DNA of 64,000 nucleotides from an uncultured Bacillales bacterium (GTDB taxonomy: Bacteria; Bacillota_I; Bacilli_A; RF39; UBA660), in the NCBI GenBank assembly GCA_946628005.1, contig CAMOWA010000003.1:28-64027 (forward strand). The letters are read 5' to 3'. The position numbers and the translations under genes were made by a program. Below, in pieces: positions 37,537-47,532 of the stretch (position 1 is its first letter; each line of letters opens with the position of its first letter). Below the pieces are notes generated by a model. It ran no database searches and was not told the origin of the DNA. It worked only from the letters and a program-made list of their open reading frames with translations.

Positions 37537-39109
37537 AATAAAAATTCCAATCGAAAAGGATAGTCAAGAAGAGTTAGAAAGAAAAATTTTTCATCTTTAT
37601 CCACTTTTAAAAAATAATTCTTATCAAATTGTAAAAAAATCTATTGATGCTAGAGATAAGAGCAATATTTTTTATGTATACCAAGTTGATTTTAATTGTT
37701 TAAATGAAGAAAACATTTTAAGAAAATATAAAAAACTTTCTAAATCTAATGTAATATCTTATCATTATGTAGGTAAGGGAGAAAAAAAATTAGATAATCC
37801 TGTTATTGTTGTTGGAAGTGGACCATGTGGATTATTTTGTGCCTATAAGCTTGCTAAAGATGGATATCATCCAATTGTTTTAGAAAGAGGAGAAGAAATG
37901 GAAAAAAGAATTCAGTCTGTTGAGAATTTTTTTCAAACGAATAAGTTAAATTCTTCTTCTAATATACAGTTTGGAGAAGGTGGAGCAGGTACTTTTTCGG
38001 ATGGTAAATTAAATACGTTAGTTAAAGATAAAAGTGGAAGAATGCGTGAAGTGTTTCGTATATTTGTAGAAAATGGGGCTCCAGAAGATATTTTATATTT
38101 ACAAAATCCACATATAGGGACGGATTTATTAAGAAAAGTAATTGTAAATATTCGAAATAAAATAATTGAGTGGGGAGGAGAGTTTCATTATTCTAGTTTT
38201 ATGAGTGATATTATTATTGAAAATAATAAAGTAAAGGCAGTTGAAGTTAACTATCAAGATATTATTCCTTGTAGTTGTTTGGTTCTTGCTATAGGACATT
38301 CTGCTAGAGATACTTTTTCTTTACTTGCTGAAAAGAATATAAAAATGGTTCCTAAAAACTTTGCTGTAGGAGTACGGATTATGCATCCTCAGAAAATGAT
38401 TAGTGAAAGTCAATATGGAAGTAAGTATAATTTGCTTCCTCCAGCTAGTTATAAATTGGTTTATCATGCAACAAATGGTAGAGGAGTATATTCTTTTTGT
38501 ATGTGTCCTGGTGGATATGTAGTTAATGCTAGTTCAGAGGATGGACTTTTAGCAATTAATGGAATGAGTAATTATAAAAGGGATGCGGAAAATGCTAATA
38601 GTGCAATTGTTGTTACAGTTTCAGAAAAAGATTTTTCTGATGGTTTAATGGGTGGAGTTGCTTTTCAGAGAATGCTCGAAGAAAAAGCTTATGAGATTGG
38701 TAATGGTGTGATTCCTATTCAGTTATTAGAAGACTTTTTGAATGATAGGGTAAGTACTCATTTTAAGAGCGTTTTTCCTGTTACAAAAGGGAAAGTTTCT
38801 TTTGCTAATTTAAATGAATTATTTTCTAAAGATATTTGTGATGCACTTAAAGAGGCAATTCCATATTTTGGAAAGAAAATTAAAGGTTTTGATCGAGGAG
38901 ATGCTTTGCTTCTTGGAGTGGAATCTCGTACTAGTTCTCCTATTCGTATTTTAAGAGATGAAGGGTTTGAGGCAAATATCAAAGGACTTTATCCTGGCGG
39001 AGAAGGTGCTGGTTATGCGGGTGGTATAACTACATCTGCTATGGATGGAATAAAAATTGCTGAAAAAATAGAAGATATCTATCAGAGAGTGGGTGATAAT
39101 TATGAGTAA
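37520..39109 (+). CDS. FAD-dependent oxidoreductase (COG2509-like)
   Basis: VVGSGPCGLFCAYKLAKDGYHPIVLERG and FGEGGAGTFSDGKL motifs. Confidence 0.65.
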   Translation: MIRVSEIKIPIEKDSQEELERKIFHLYPLLKNNSYQIVKKSIDARDKSNIFYVYQVDFNCLNEENILRKYKKLSKSNVISYHYVGKGEKKLDNPVIVVGSGPCGLFCAYKLAKDGYHPIVLERGEEMEKRIQSVENFFQTNKLNSSSNIQFGEGGAGTFSDGKLNTLVKDKSGRMREVFRIFVENGAPEDILYLQNPHIGTDLLRKVIVNIRNKIIEWGGEFHYSSFMSDIIIENNKVKAVEVNYQDIIPCSCLVLAIGHSARDTFSLLAEKNIKMVPKNFAVGVRIMHPQKMISESQYGSKYNLLPPASYKLVYHATNGRGVYSFCMCPGGYVVNASSEDGLLAINGMSNYKRDAENANSAIVVTVSEKDFSDGLMGGVAFQRMLEEKAYEIGNGVIPIQLLEDFLNDRVSTHFKSVFPVTKGKVSFANLNELFSKDICDALKEAIPYFGKKIKGFDRGDALLLGVESRTSSPIRILRDEGFEANIKGLYPGGEGAGYAGGITTSAMDGIKIAEKIEDIYQRVGDNYE

Positions 39110-40910
39110 AATTCATGTGATGGATGAAGTGCTTGCTAATAAGATTGCTGCAGGTGAAGTAGTCGAAAAATGTATGAATGTTGTTAAGGAATTAGTAGAG
39201 AATTCTATTGATGCAGAGGCTAGTGAAATTACTATTCGATTAATTGATTCTGGAGTAAAAGAAATAGAAGTTAGTGATAATGGAATTGGAATGGATGAGG
39301 ATGATGCTAAACTAGCTTTTCAAAGACATGCTACTTCAAAATTACGTAATTTAGATGATTTATTTTATATTGAATCTCTTGGTTTTCGTGGAGAAGCTTT
39401 GCCTTCTATTGCGAGTGTTTCTAATGTTCGACTAAAGACTTCTAATGGTGAAGTCGGGACTCTTCTTACTTTATCAGGAGGAAAAGATTTAAAAGTAGAA
39501 AGAACTGATTTACAAAAAGGAACAACAATTACTGTATCTGATTTATTTTATAATACTCCTGTAAGATTAAAATATTTAAAAAATTTGTATGTTGAACTTG
39601 CTCATATAGTGGAATATCTTAATAAAATGGCTTTATCTTATCCAAGTATTAAGTTTACGTTAATTAATAACGATAAAGTATTATTAAAAACAGATGGTAA
39701 TGGAGATTTATTAAAAGTCATTTATGAAATATATGGGGTAGATATTACTAAGAAAATGATTCCTATTTCTGGAGACAATGATGATTATTCTATTAATGGG
39801 TATATTTCTTTTCCAGAGGTTACTAAGGGTAATCGTAATTCTATTACGACTTTAGTAAATGGACGTGTTATTAAAAATAATGAATTAAATAAATGTATTG
39901 TAGATTGCTATCATACTTATATTCATAAAGATCGTTATCCAGTTATTGTTTTAAATATTGATGTAGATCCAATTTTAGTAGATATTAATATTCATCCTAC
40001 TAAGATGGATATTAAGTTTTCTAAAATGGATACATTAAAAGAATTATTGGTAGAATTAATTACAAAGAGGTTAGAAGAATTAACATTAATTCCAGAAGTT
40101 AGTGTTCGAGATAGTTATTCCGTTAGTGAGGTTAGACGGCAAATTATTTCTAATGATAAGAGTGATGATTTTGATGAGGTAAAAGCTAATAGTTCTAAAG
40201 AGAAATATGAAGAGTTGCAGTTGGATTTTGAGGTACAAGAAGAAAAAAAAGAATTTGAAAAACAGGAAAAGCAAGAGTTAGAAGAGGCACTTCCTTTTGA
40301 AGTTGATATGGAAGAAAAAGTGGAACCACGTATTAAAAAAATGATTCCTCGTGGTGTAGTTTTAATGACTTATATTGTTGCTGAAAATGAAGATGGTATG
40401 TATTTAATTGATCAACATGCTGCTGCTGAAAGAATTAATTATGAAAAAATATTAAAACAAATGAAGGAAAAACCAATTATTATTGATTTATTAGTTCCTA
40501 TTAAAATTGAACTTCGAAGTGATGAATTTATTTTAGTAAAAGAAAGATTTTCTTTATTAGAAAGTTATGGATTTCAAGTTGAAGAGTTTGGTGAAAACAC
40601 CTTAATTGTTCGTACTCATCCTAGTTGGATAGTAGAAGAACGTTCGGAAGAAATGATTCGAAAAATTGTTGATATTATGATTGAAAAGGGGCAATTTGAT
40701 TTTGATCAATTTATTTGGCGTATAGCGGCAACTACGGCTTGTCGTATGTCTGTTATGGCAAATACTTATATATCTTCAGAAGATCAGGAATGGATATTAG
40801 AAAATATTCGTTATTGTGAAAATCCTTTTACTTGTCCTCATGGAAGGCCAACTATTATTACTTATACTCGTTATGAGTTAGAGAGACTTTTCAAAAGACA
40901 GTTAGATTGA
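39102..40910 (+). CDS. mutL: DNA mismatch repair endonuclease MutL
   Basis: ANKIAAGEVVE and ELVENSIDA in the N-terminal ATPase. DQHAAAERINYE, ACRMS and CPHGRP in the C-terminal endonuclease domain. Confidence 0.92.
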   Translation: MSKIHVMDEVLANKIAAGEVVEKCMNVVKELVENSIDAEASEITIRLIDSGVKEIEVSDNGIGMDEDDAKLAFQRHATSKLRNLDDLFYIESLGFRGEALPSIASVSNVRLKTSNGEVGTLLTLSGGKDLKVERTDLQKGTTITVSDLFYNTPVRLKYLKNLYVELAHIVEYLNKMALSYPSIKFTLINNDKVLLKTDGNGDLLKVIYEIYGVDITKKMIPISGDNDDYSINGYISFPEVTKGNRNSITTLVNGRVIKNNELNKCIVDCYHTYIHKDRYPVIVLNIDVDPILVDINIHPTKMDIKFSKMDTLKELLVELITKRLEELTLIPEVSVRDSYSVSEVRRQIISNDKSDDFDEVKANSSKEKYEELQLDFEVQEEKKEFEKQEKQELEEALPFEVDMEEKVEPRIKKMIPRGVVLMTYIVAENEDGMYLIDQHAAAERINYEKILKQMKEKPIIIDLLVPIKIELRSDEFILVKERFSLLESYGFQVEEFGENTLIVRTHPSWIVEERSEEMIRKIVDIMIEKGQFDFDQFIWRIAATTACRMSVMANTYISSEDQEWILENIRYCENPFTCPHGRPTIITYTRYELERLFKRQLD

Positions 40911-40933
40911 TTATTTAGTTGAGGTGATTTTTC

Positions 40934-41821
40934 ATGAAAAATATTATAGTAATTGTTGGCCCCACTGGAGTTGGAAAGACAAAATTAAGTATTGAACTTG
41001 CCAAAAGGTTGGATGCTGAAATCATTAATGGGGATAGCGTTTCTATATATAAAGATTTAAATATTGGTAGTGCAAAGCCTTCTATAGAGGAGAGGGAGGG
41101 TATTCCTCACCACTTAATGGATTTTATTGATGTAGAGTGTGATTATTCTGTATTTGATTATCAGAGGGATTGTAGAGAGAAAATACAAGATATTTCTTCT
41201 CGTGGAAAAAGAATAATAATTGTTGGAGGAACTGGACTTTATATAAAAGCTGCTTTATATGATTATCGATTTACAGAGGGAACTTCTAATAATACTTATG
41301 ATAATCTATCAAATGAAGAAATACTTGAAAAAATAAAAGCGTATTCTGTTTCTAATTTAGTTGATGTTGGTAATCGAAAAAGATTAGTTCGTTTATTAAA
41401 TAAATTAGAAAATAATGAAGAAATAACTAATTATAAAGATAATTTATTATATCCTATCAAAGTAATTGGCTTAACTACTGATAGAAGTATTTTATATGAT
41501 AGAATTAATAATAGAGTAGATAATATGTTAGGTAATGGTTTATTAAAGGAAGTAGAGTCTTTAAAGGATAAATATTCATCTTCTAGAATTTTAAATAGTG
41601 GAATAGGTTATAAAGAGTTTTATGATTATTTTTATCACTCTAAAAAAATAGATGACGTAGTAGAAGAGATAAAAAAAGACTCTAGAAGATTTGCTAAAAG
41701 ACAATATACTTTTTTTAATCATCAGTTTAATACAAAGTGGTTTGATGTAGATTTTCTTAATTTTAATCATACTATTGATCAAGTATATCATTATATTATG
41801 GAGAATGAGAATGAAGTATAA
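40934..41821 (+). CDS. miaA: tRNA dimethylallyltransferase
   Basis: GPTGVGKT P-loop and INGDSVSIYKDLNIGSAKP. Confidence 0.9.
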   Translation: MKNIIVIVGPTGVGKTKLSIELAKRLDAEIINGDSVSIYKDLNIGSAKPSIEEREGIPHHLMDFIDVECDYSVFDYQRDCREKIQDISSRGKRIIIVGGTGLYIKAALYDYRFTEGTSNNTYDNLSNEEILEKIKAYSVSNLVDVGNRKRLVRLLNKLENNEEITNYKDNLLYPIKVIGLTTDRSILYDRINNRVDNMLGNGLLKEVESLKDKYSSSRILNSGIGYKEFYDYFYHSKKIDDVVEEIKKDSRRFAKRQYTFFNHQFNTKWFDVDFLNFNHTIDQVYHYIMENENEV

Positions 41822-42044
41822 GGATGTTTTAATACTATTAAAAGATAATGGAGATTTTAATTATATAGATAATTTATCGGAAAAGAACTTGGTGAAATAT
41901 TAGATTTTGAAGCTGTTTATAAAAAAATATTAAATCCTGATAATAACTCTAATCTTGATTGTTTAATTACTTTAATTTTTACTGTTTTAATTAGAATATA
42001 TTTAGATTATAAAGAGGAGATTTCTTTTTATTTTTTCTAATAAA

Positions 42045-42929
42045 GTGAAGTATTCTAATTATTTTATTCAACCAGTTAATGGAAAATATTCTTTATTTGA
42101 TTTTTTAATTAATGTATTAATTGAAAATATTCAGGTTATTAGTTGTTCTAATTATGTACATAATAGTTATAATTTTTCTCATAGAGAATTAAGTTTGAAA
42201 GCAAATCGATATGAAGAAGTTAATTTATCTCCTCTTAATAAGGCTCATCTTTATTATAAATCTATTAATCATGAAGTAGGTCATGCTATGCATAGTGTTG
42301 TTTCAAATAAAAATGATAATGTTATTCTTCGTTTATATAATCCATTTGTTTGTAGCAGAAAAGAAGCTTATAATGCAGAAGTTTTTGATTTTTATAAAAG
42401 ATTTCATCTATATCGTAGTCTTTCTTCTAAGTATAATATTTTAGAAGAAAAATCTTTTCATTTTGAGTTTTGTGCTAATCATCCTCTAATTAGTGGTTTT
42501 CATGACCCTTTTTTAGAAGAGGCTTTTACTGAAATGAAGGCAGAGGATTATATGGGAGTTGATTCGGATACTTATATTAGAGGGTTAGGCAGATATTTTT
42601 TTGCTTCACATACTATAAACAATGGTTATTCTTTAATGTCTAATTATTTACGAACTATTTCTATTTCTAAAAAGAATGAGTTTAATGTTGCTTATTTAGG
42701 ATATCCTGGAGAAGAAATTTTTAAAGATTATGATAATTTAATTCATAGTTTAACATTACTTCATCCTAATTATGATACATCAGATGAGGAAAAGTATAAT
42801 GTTTTTAAGAAGCGTTATTTAGATGATTCTAATCCTAATCTATTAAATTATCCTTTTTTAATTGAAGGGGATGATTATATTTTTATGAATGAACTTTTAC
42901 TTCGAGAAAAAAGTTCTCATCGTGCTTGA
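42045..42929 (+). CDS. Hypothetical HExxH-motif protein (possible metallopeptidase); start uncertain
   Basis: NHEVGHAMH motif. The GTG at 42045 lies 26 nt from the agaggag RBS, and the frame is open from 42006. Confidence 0.4.
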   Translation: MKYSNYFIQPVNGKYSLFDFLINVLIENIQVISCSNYVHNSYNFSHRELSLKANRYEEVNLSPLNKAHLYYKSINHEVGHAMHSVVSNKNDNVILRLYNPFVCSRKEAYNAEVFDFYKRFHLYRSLSSKYNILEEKSFHFEFCANHPLISGFHDPFLEEAFTEMKAEDYMGVDSDTYIRGLGRYFFASHTINNGYSLMSNYLRTISISKKNEFNVAYLGYPGEEIFKDYDNLIHSLTLLHPNYDTSDEEKYNVFKKRYLDDSNPNLLNYPFLIEGDDYIFMNELLLREKSSHRA

Positions 42930-42939
42930 TGAGAGCTTT

Positions 42940-43869
42940 TTAATTAGCAAATTCTTTATATATTTCTTTATTAAAAGTATGTTGTTCTATTTCTAAACTT
43001 AGTAATTTATTTGTATCAATTAAGAAATAATTATGTTCTAGGTAATCTTTTCCATTGCTTGCTACAGGATCATCCCATGTTAAGTCTAAGTGATACCATT
43101 TATTGTTTATGTATACTGCGTTCCATACGTGGTTTTCTGAAGATATTTTAAAGCTTTTAATATTCATTTTTTCTAAAAACAATTCCATTAAATCTGTATA
43201 TCCTCCGCATATTGCGTATCCTTCAAATAAAGGGCCATATGCTATATCAGAATGATAAGTAGTAATATTATTATTACTTCTTTGGGAATCATATTTTGTA
43301 TTATTTATAATATAGTCATGAATAGATAAAATGTTTTCTTCTATTGATTTATTTTCATTTACTAGTTGAGGATATAGTTCATTTACTTTTTCTTCTATCG
43401 CGTTAATTTCTTCTGTTGTATAACTTTTAATTAGATTAATATTTATTCTTCTTAAACTATCATAGTCTGTTTCAATATGAGAAAATCCATTAAATGGATG
43501 AACATAATTATTTATATCAGATAGGAGATACTGATTATTAGCTATTGTTTCTATATCTTTAATACAATTACTATATTCTTTTGGACAATAAAAAGTAAAT
43601 GAGGTATTTCCTGAATTAATTACTGTATAAAATATATTTAATAAGTCTTGATAATTATTAGGTTTAAAATTATTTGTATTTTGTACTAATAAAAAGTCAT
43701 AATCTCTATAATATTTATTTTTCTTTTCGAGTGTTATTTTATTATTTGGAGTAATATAAGTATTAACAATACTTTTAATATCATTCTCTCTTATTATGAT
43801 TAATCCAAGTAATATCATAAATAACCCACATGTAAAAATCATTTTTATTAGGACAATTGTTTTTTTCAT
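42940..43869 (-). CDS. Transglutaminase-like cysteine protease-fold protein, membrane-anchored
   Basis: Cys-His-Asp pattern: ICGGYTD, ENHVWNAVY and HLDLTWDD. Confidence 0.7.
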   Translation of the reverse strand: MKKTIVLIKMIFTCGLFMILLGLIIIRENDIKSIVNTYITPNNKITLEKKNKYYRDYDFLLVQNTNNFKPNNYQDLLNIFYTVINSGNTSFTFYCPKEYSNCIKDIETIANNQYLLSDINNYVHPFNGFSHIETDYDSLRRININLIKSYTTEEINAIEEKVNELYPQLVNENKSIEENILSIHDYIINNTKYDSQRSNNNITTYHSDIAYGPLFEGYAICGGYTDLMELFLEKMNIKSFKISSENHVWNAVYINNKWYHLDLTWDDPVASNGKDYLEHNYFLIDTNKLLSLEIEQHTFNKEIYKEFAN

Positions 43870-43920
43870 AGAATCTCCTTAACTATAAATATTTTACTAA
43901 AAAATAAATCTAAAGTAAAC

Positions 43921-43943
43921 AAAAACCAATTATTTCTAATTGG
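43921..43943 (-). terminator. rpsT terminator
   Basis: CCAATTA/TAATTGG stem. A T-run follows on the - strand. Confidence 0.65.
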
Positions 43944-44207
43944 TTACTCCATATTATTTAATAATTTCATTAATCTTGATTTAAGTCTAGCAGATTTATT
44001 CTTATGTATTTTTCCACTTGATGTTGCTTTATCAATTCTTTGCATAGCTATATTTAATTTATTACTAGCTTCTTCTTTATTATTTTCTTTTACTACTTTT
44101 TCAAATTTTTTTATAGCGGTTTTCATACTAGAAATGATTAATGAATTTACTTCTGCTTTCTTTGCATTTGAACGCATACGTTTTTTAGCGCTTTTAATAT
44201 TTGGCAT
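43944..44207 (-). CDS. rpsT: 30S ribosomal protein S20
   Basis: MPNIKSAKKR... N-terminus. Basic 87-aa protein. Confidence 0.92.
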   Translation of the reverse strand: MPNIKSAKKRMRSNAKKAEVNSLIISSMKTAIKKFEKVVKENNKEEASNKLNIAMQRIDKATSSGKIHKNKSARLKSRLMKLLNNME

Positions 44208-44307
44208 TTTTTCACCTCACTTTTTGTAAACAAGTTCATTTTATCAAATTATTTAAAAAAAAGCAAATAAAAAACAATAATTTGTAAAGATTAATAATGG
44301 TGATTGT

Positions 44308-45099
44308 ATGAATAATAATAAAATTAAATCTATTTATACGGATTTAATAGTTGAATCTAATTCAAATAAGGAGAATGGTAGAGTTATTTATCAAGATGAT
44401 TCTATTCTTGTTAAAGAGTCTTCTTTTAATAAATGTCATTATACTACTATTTTTTTTGATGATATAACTGATTCTTTGAAATTTAAAAAAGTTCAAGATA
44501 TTTTTATTCATGAATTAAAGAAATATTTAAATCTTAAGAAAAAAGAAAAAATATTAGTAATTGGTTTAGGTAATGAAAAATCAACTCCTGATTCGTTGGG
44601 GCCTTCTACAGTAAAAAATATCTTAATAACTCGTTATTTGTTTTTACTTGGTGATGTAGAAGATGGATATCAAAATGTTTCTGCATTTGCTCCTGATGTT
44701 ATGGGAAATACTGGTATTGAAACTAGTCATATTGTAAGAAAAATAGTAGATGAAGTAAATCCTACTAAAGTTATTGTAATTGATTCTTTAAAGAGTGATC
44801 ATATAGAAAGAATTAATCGTACTATTCAAATTACAGATAAGGGTATTCATCCTGGATCTGGTATTGGAAATGTCCGTAAAGAAATAAGTTTTAAAACTAT
44901 TGGTGTAGATGTTATTGCGATTGGAGTTCCTACTGTTGTAAATTTATGTAGTCTTATTAAAAAATCTAAAAAGAATATTTTTTTAGGAGAAAACTTAATT
45001 GTAACACCTACTAATATTGATTTTATGATTGAAAAGTTATCTATTCTTATTGGTAATGGTATTAATATTTCTCTTCATGATAATTTTATTCGACAATAA
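44308..45099 (+). CDS. gpr: Spore germination protease GPR
   Basis: VIGLGNEKSTPDSLGP, VIVIDSL and IGVPTVV motifs. Located next to spoIIP and rpsT as in Bacillus. Confidence 0.8.
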   Translation: MNNNKIKSIYTDLIVESNSNKENGRVIYQDDSILVKESSFNKCHYTTIFFDDITDSLKFKKVQDIFIHELKKYLNLKKKEKILVIGLGNEKSTPDSLGPSTVKNILITRYLFLLGDVEDGYQNVSAFAPDVMGNTGIETSHIVRKIVDEVNPTKVIVIDSLKSDHIERINRTIQITDKGIHPGSGIGNVRKEISFKTIGVDVIAIGVPTVVNLCSLIKKSKKNIFLGENLIVTPTNIDFMIEKLSILIGNGINISLHDNFIRQ

Positions 45100-45137
45100 T
45101 ATTGATTTATTCTTACTAAAATATTATTGGTGATATT

Positions 45138-46040
45138 ATGAAAAAAAAATTTATTTCTAAAAAGAAAAGAAAAAAAAGAAATAGAATATTTTTTTTAATT
45201 TTTATTTTAATTGGAGTGTTTTTAAGTTATAAGAAACTTGAAGTTAGTAAGATTAAAATTAAAGATAAAGATTTTATTCATTTAATTGTGTCTAATACTT
45301 TTTCATATGAAGAAAAGAATTTTATAGAAACTTTTATTGATAAAACTATTGAAGTAAGTAATCCTGTTTATTGGTTAAGAAATGATTATCAAAATAATAT
45401 TTCAACTATTAAGGAGAATAAAGTTGTAGATAAAAAACCTTTAGTTTATTTATATAATTCTCATCAAGGAGAGGAGTATGCTTTTTCGGATTATGTTGAA
45501 TTTAGTGTTCATCCTACAGTAATGATGAATAATTATATTTTAGAAGATTTTTTTAATAAGAATAATTGTTTTTCGTTTGTTGAAGAAAAGTCTATTAAAG
45601 ATATTTTAAGTCAAAATAATTGGAAATATAGTGAGAGTTATCGAGCTAGTAGATTATTATTGGAAGATGTTATTATAAATTATCCATCTTTGAAATATTT
45701 TATTGATATTCATAGAGATAGTTTAGATAAGAGTCATACTACTATTACTATTGGAGATAAAGATTATGCTTCTTTATTGTTTATTGTTGGTTTAGAAAAT
45801 CCTAATTATCAAGAGAATCTTTCGTTTACAGAAAAAATTAATTCTATTATTCAAGAAAGATATCCTGGACTTAGTAAAGGAATATATAAAAAAAGTGGTC
45901 CTGGAGTAAATGGGGTTTATAATCAGGATTTTTCACCTAATACTATTTTAATTGAGATAGGAGGATATCAAAATACAACTTCTGAAGTTTTAAATTCTAC
46001 TTTAGCATTTGGTAATTGCTTTTTGGAGGCTATTTCATGA
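45138..46040 (+). CDS. spoIIP: Stage II sporulation protein P
   Basis: YLYNSHQGEEY and FIDIHRDS motifs. N-terminal TM segment. Confidence 0.75.
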   Translation: MKKKFISKKKRKKRNRIFFLIFILIGVFLSYKKLEVSKIKIKDKDFIHLIVSNTFSYEEKNFIETFIDKTIEVSNPVYWLRNDYQNNISTIKENKVVDKKPLVYLYNSHQGEEYAFSDYVEFSVHPTVMMNNYILEDFFNKNNCFSFVEEKSIKDILSQNNWKYSESYRASRLLLEDVIINYPSLKYFIDIHRDSLDKSHTTITIGDKDYASLLFIVGLENPNYQENLSFTEKINSIIQERYPGLSKGIYKKSGPGVNGVYNQDFSPNTILIEIGGYQNTTSEVLNSTLAFGNCFLEAIS

Positions 46041-46333
46041 ACAAAATATTTAAAATTATTTTTGTTTTTCTTTTCATTTTTTTTCTTGCTTTATATTTTA
46101 GTAAATATAATTCTACTTTATTTGAAAATGAGGTAGAATTAACAAATCAGGCTATTCTTCAATATGAAAAAGATTTAAAATCTGGAAAAACAATTGATTC
46201 TAAAAACTATCTACCTCCTAAAAAAAATTATAGTAATCGGGCTTCTAGACTAGGTACAAAAGCTTCAAATTTAGTAGATTTATTATTTCATAAGTTTTTA
46301 TCTTCTTTTAAGCAATTTATTTCTAAATATTAA
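46037..46333 (+). CDS. Small membrane-anchored protein
   Basis: ggagg RBS. The ATG at 46037 overlaps the spoIIP stop codon. Confidence 0.45.
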   Translation: MNKIFKIIFVFLFIFFLALYFSKYNSTLFENEVELTNQAILQYEKDLKSGKTIDSKNYLPPKKNYSNRASRLGTKASNLVDLLFHKFLSSFKQFISKY

Positions 46334-46354
46334 AAAAAATAGGTAGTACCTATT
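46332..46354. terminator. Hairpin between convergent genes (acts at least for the - strand gene)
   Basis: AATAGGTA-g-TACCTATT, flanked by A8 on the + strand (U8 on the - strand). Confidence 0.6.
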
Positions 46355-47214
46355 TATTGATATAATTCTTTTTTAATTAATTCTAAGTTATCTCTCATAA
46401 TTGTTAGATAGTCTTCTTTTTCGCTTCTTTCATTATCCGTAATATTGTCTAATCGATGTAGTTCTACTGTTTTTATTTCTGAATATTTTTCTAATATTTT
46501 TTCTGTGTTTTCATTCTTTTCTGCTCCTTTAAATAAATATATATAATTAATAGTATTATTTTTAATTAGATTTTCTGCATCACTTAATACTTTTTGTTGA
46601 GCATCACTATCTATACATATGACTTCTAGTCCAAATTTCTCAAGATATTTTAGTGCACTGTCTGCGACAACAATTGTTTTATTATTAGTACTATCAACAG
46701 CAACTCTATAATCGGCATCTATTTCACTTAGATTTATTTTTAATTCCTCATATTTTTCATCTATTTCTTTTTTTAGGTATGAATTTGTAATATATTCATT
46801 TAAGCTTAATCTAACATTTTGACTCATCATTAGAAGAGAAGATGGATTTAACCATAATTCTTCTGGAGAGTAATCTGTTTCTAGGACGTATGCTGTATCA
46901 ATTATTTTTAATTCAGGATTGATTGAGAGTAAATCTAAGGCTAAGTCTCTTTCTTTTTCAATTAATCCATTATAGACAAATAAGTCTTTTCTTGCATATT
47001 CATTTTTTTGTTTTTTATTTACTTTATAGTTTTTTGTATCTACTCCATCTGGATATATTGAACTTATTTTAGCATGTTCTCCATATAAGCTTTTTACAAT
47101 ATATTCGTTTGGATAATTAGTTACAATTATTTCGATATTATCCATAGTATCATTTGTACATCCTGTTAGTAGTAGGATAGGTAATAATATAATTAAAAAT
47201 AATAATTTTTTCAT
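46354..47214 (-). CDS. ZnuA/TroA-like metal-binding lipoprotein (orphan solute-binding protein)
   Basis: Lipobox LLLTGC. Overall layout matches cluster-9 SBPs. No ABC partner genes are adjacent. Confidence 0.5.
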   Translation of the reverse strand: MKKLLFLIILLPILLLTGCTNDTMDNIEIIVTNYPNEYIVKSLYGEHAKISSIYPDGVDTKNYKVNKKQKNEYARKDLFVYNGLIEKERDLALDLLSINPELKIIDTAYVLETDYSPEELWLNPSSLLMMSQNVRLSLNEYITNSYLKKEIDEKYEELKINLSEIDADYRVAVDSTNNKTIVVADSALKYLEKFGLEVICIDSDAQQKVLSDAENLIKNNTINYIYLFKGAEKNENTEKILEKYSEIKTVELHRLDNITDNERSEKEDYLTIMRDNLELIKKELYQ

Positions 47215-47432
47215 CTTTTTCTCCTTTTTGGTACTGGGTCAACTATATTTTTTTGAAGGGGGTTGCATTTTATAATTCTTTTTATTCCTAAATAAAGACC
47301 TTTTATTGAGCCATATTCCATTATTGCTTCTTCTGTATATCTACTACAAGTTGGTATCATTCTACATTGTTTATGTGATTGAAATGGAATTTTTTGATAT
47401 AAATGAATTAATGATATTAATAACCACTTCAT
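47211..47432 (-). CDS. yidD: Membrane protein insertion efficiency factor YidD
   Basis: CRMIPTCSRYTEEAI..GIKRIIKCNP. Confidence 0.85.
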   Translation of the reverse strand: MKWLLISLIHLYQKIPFQSHKQCRMIPTCSRYTEEAIMEYGSIKGLYLGIKRIIKCNPLQKNIVDPVPKRRKR

Positions 47433-47532
47433 ACCCTCACCATTTTCATTTTACTATGCTTCTTTTTTTTTTTCAACTGAAAAGTATTTGCGATTTTAAA
47501 AATTAATATTATAATAGGTTAAGGTGAGTTGT

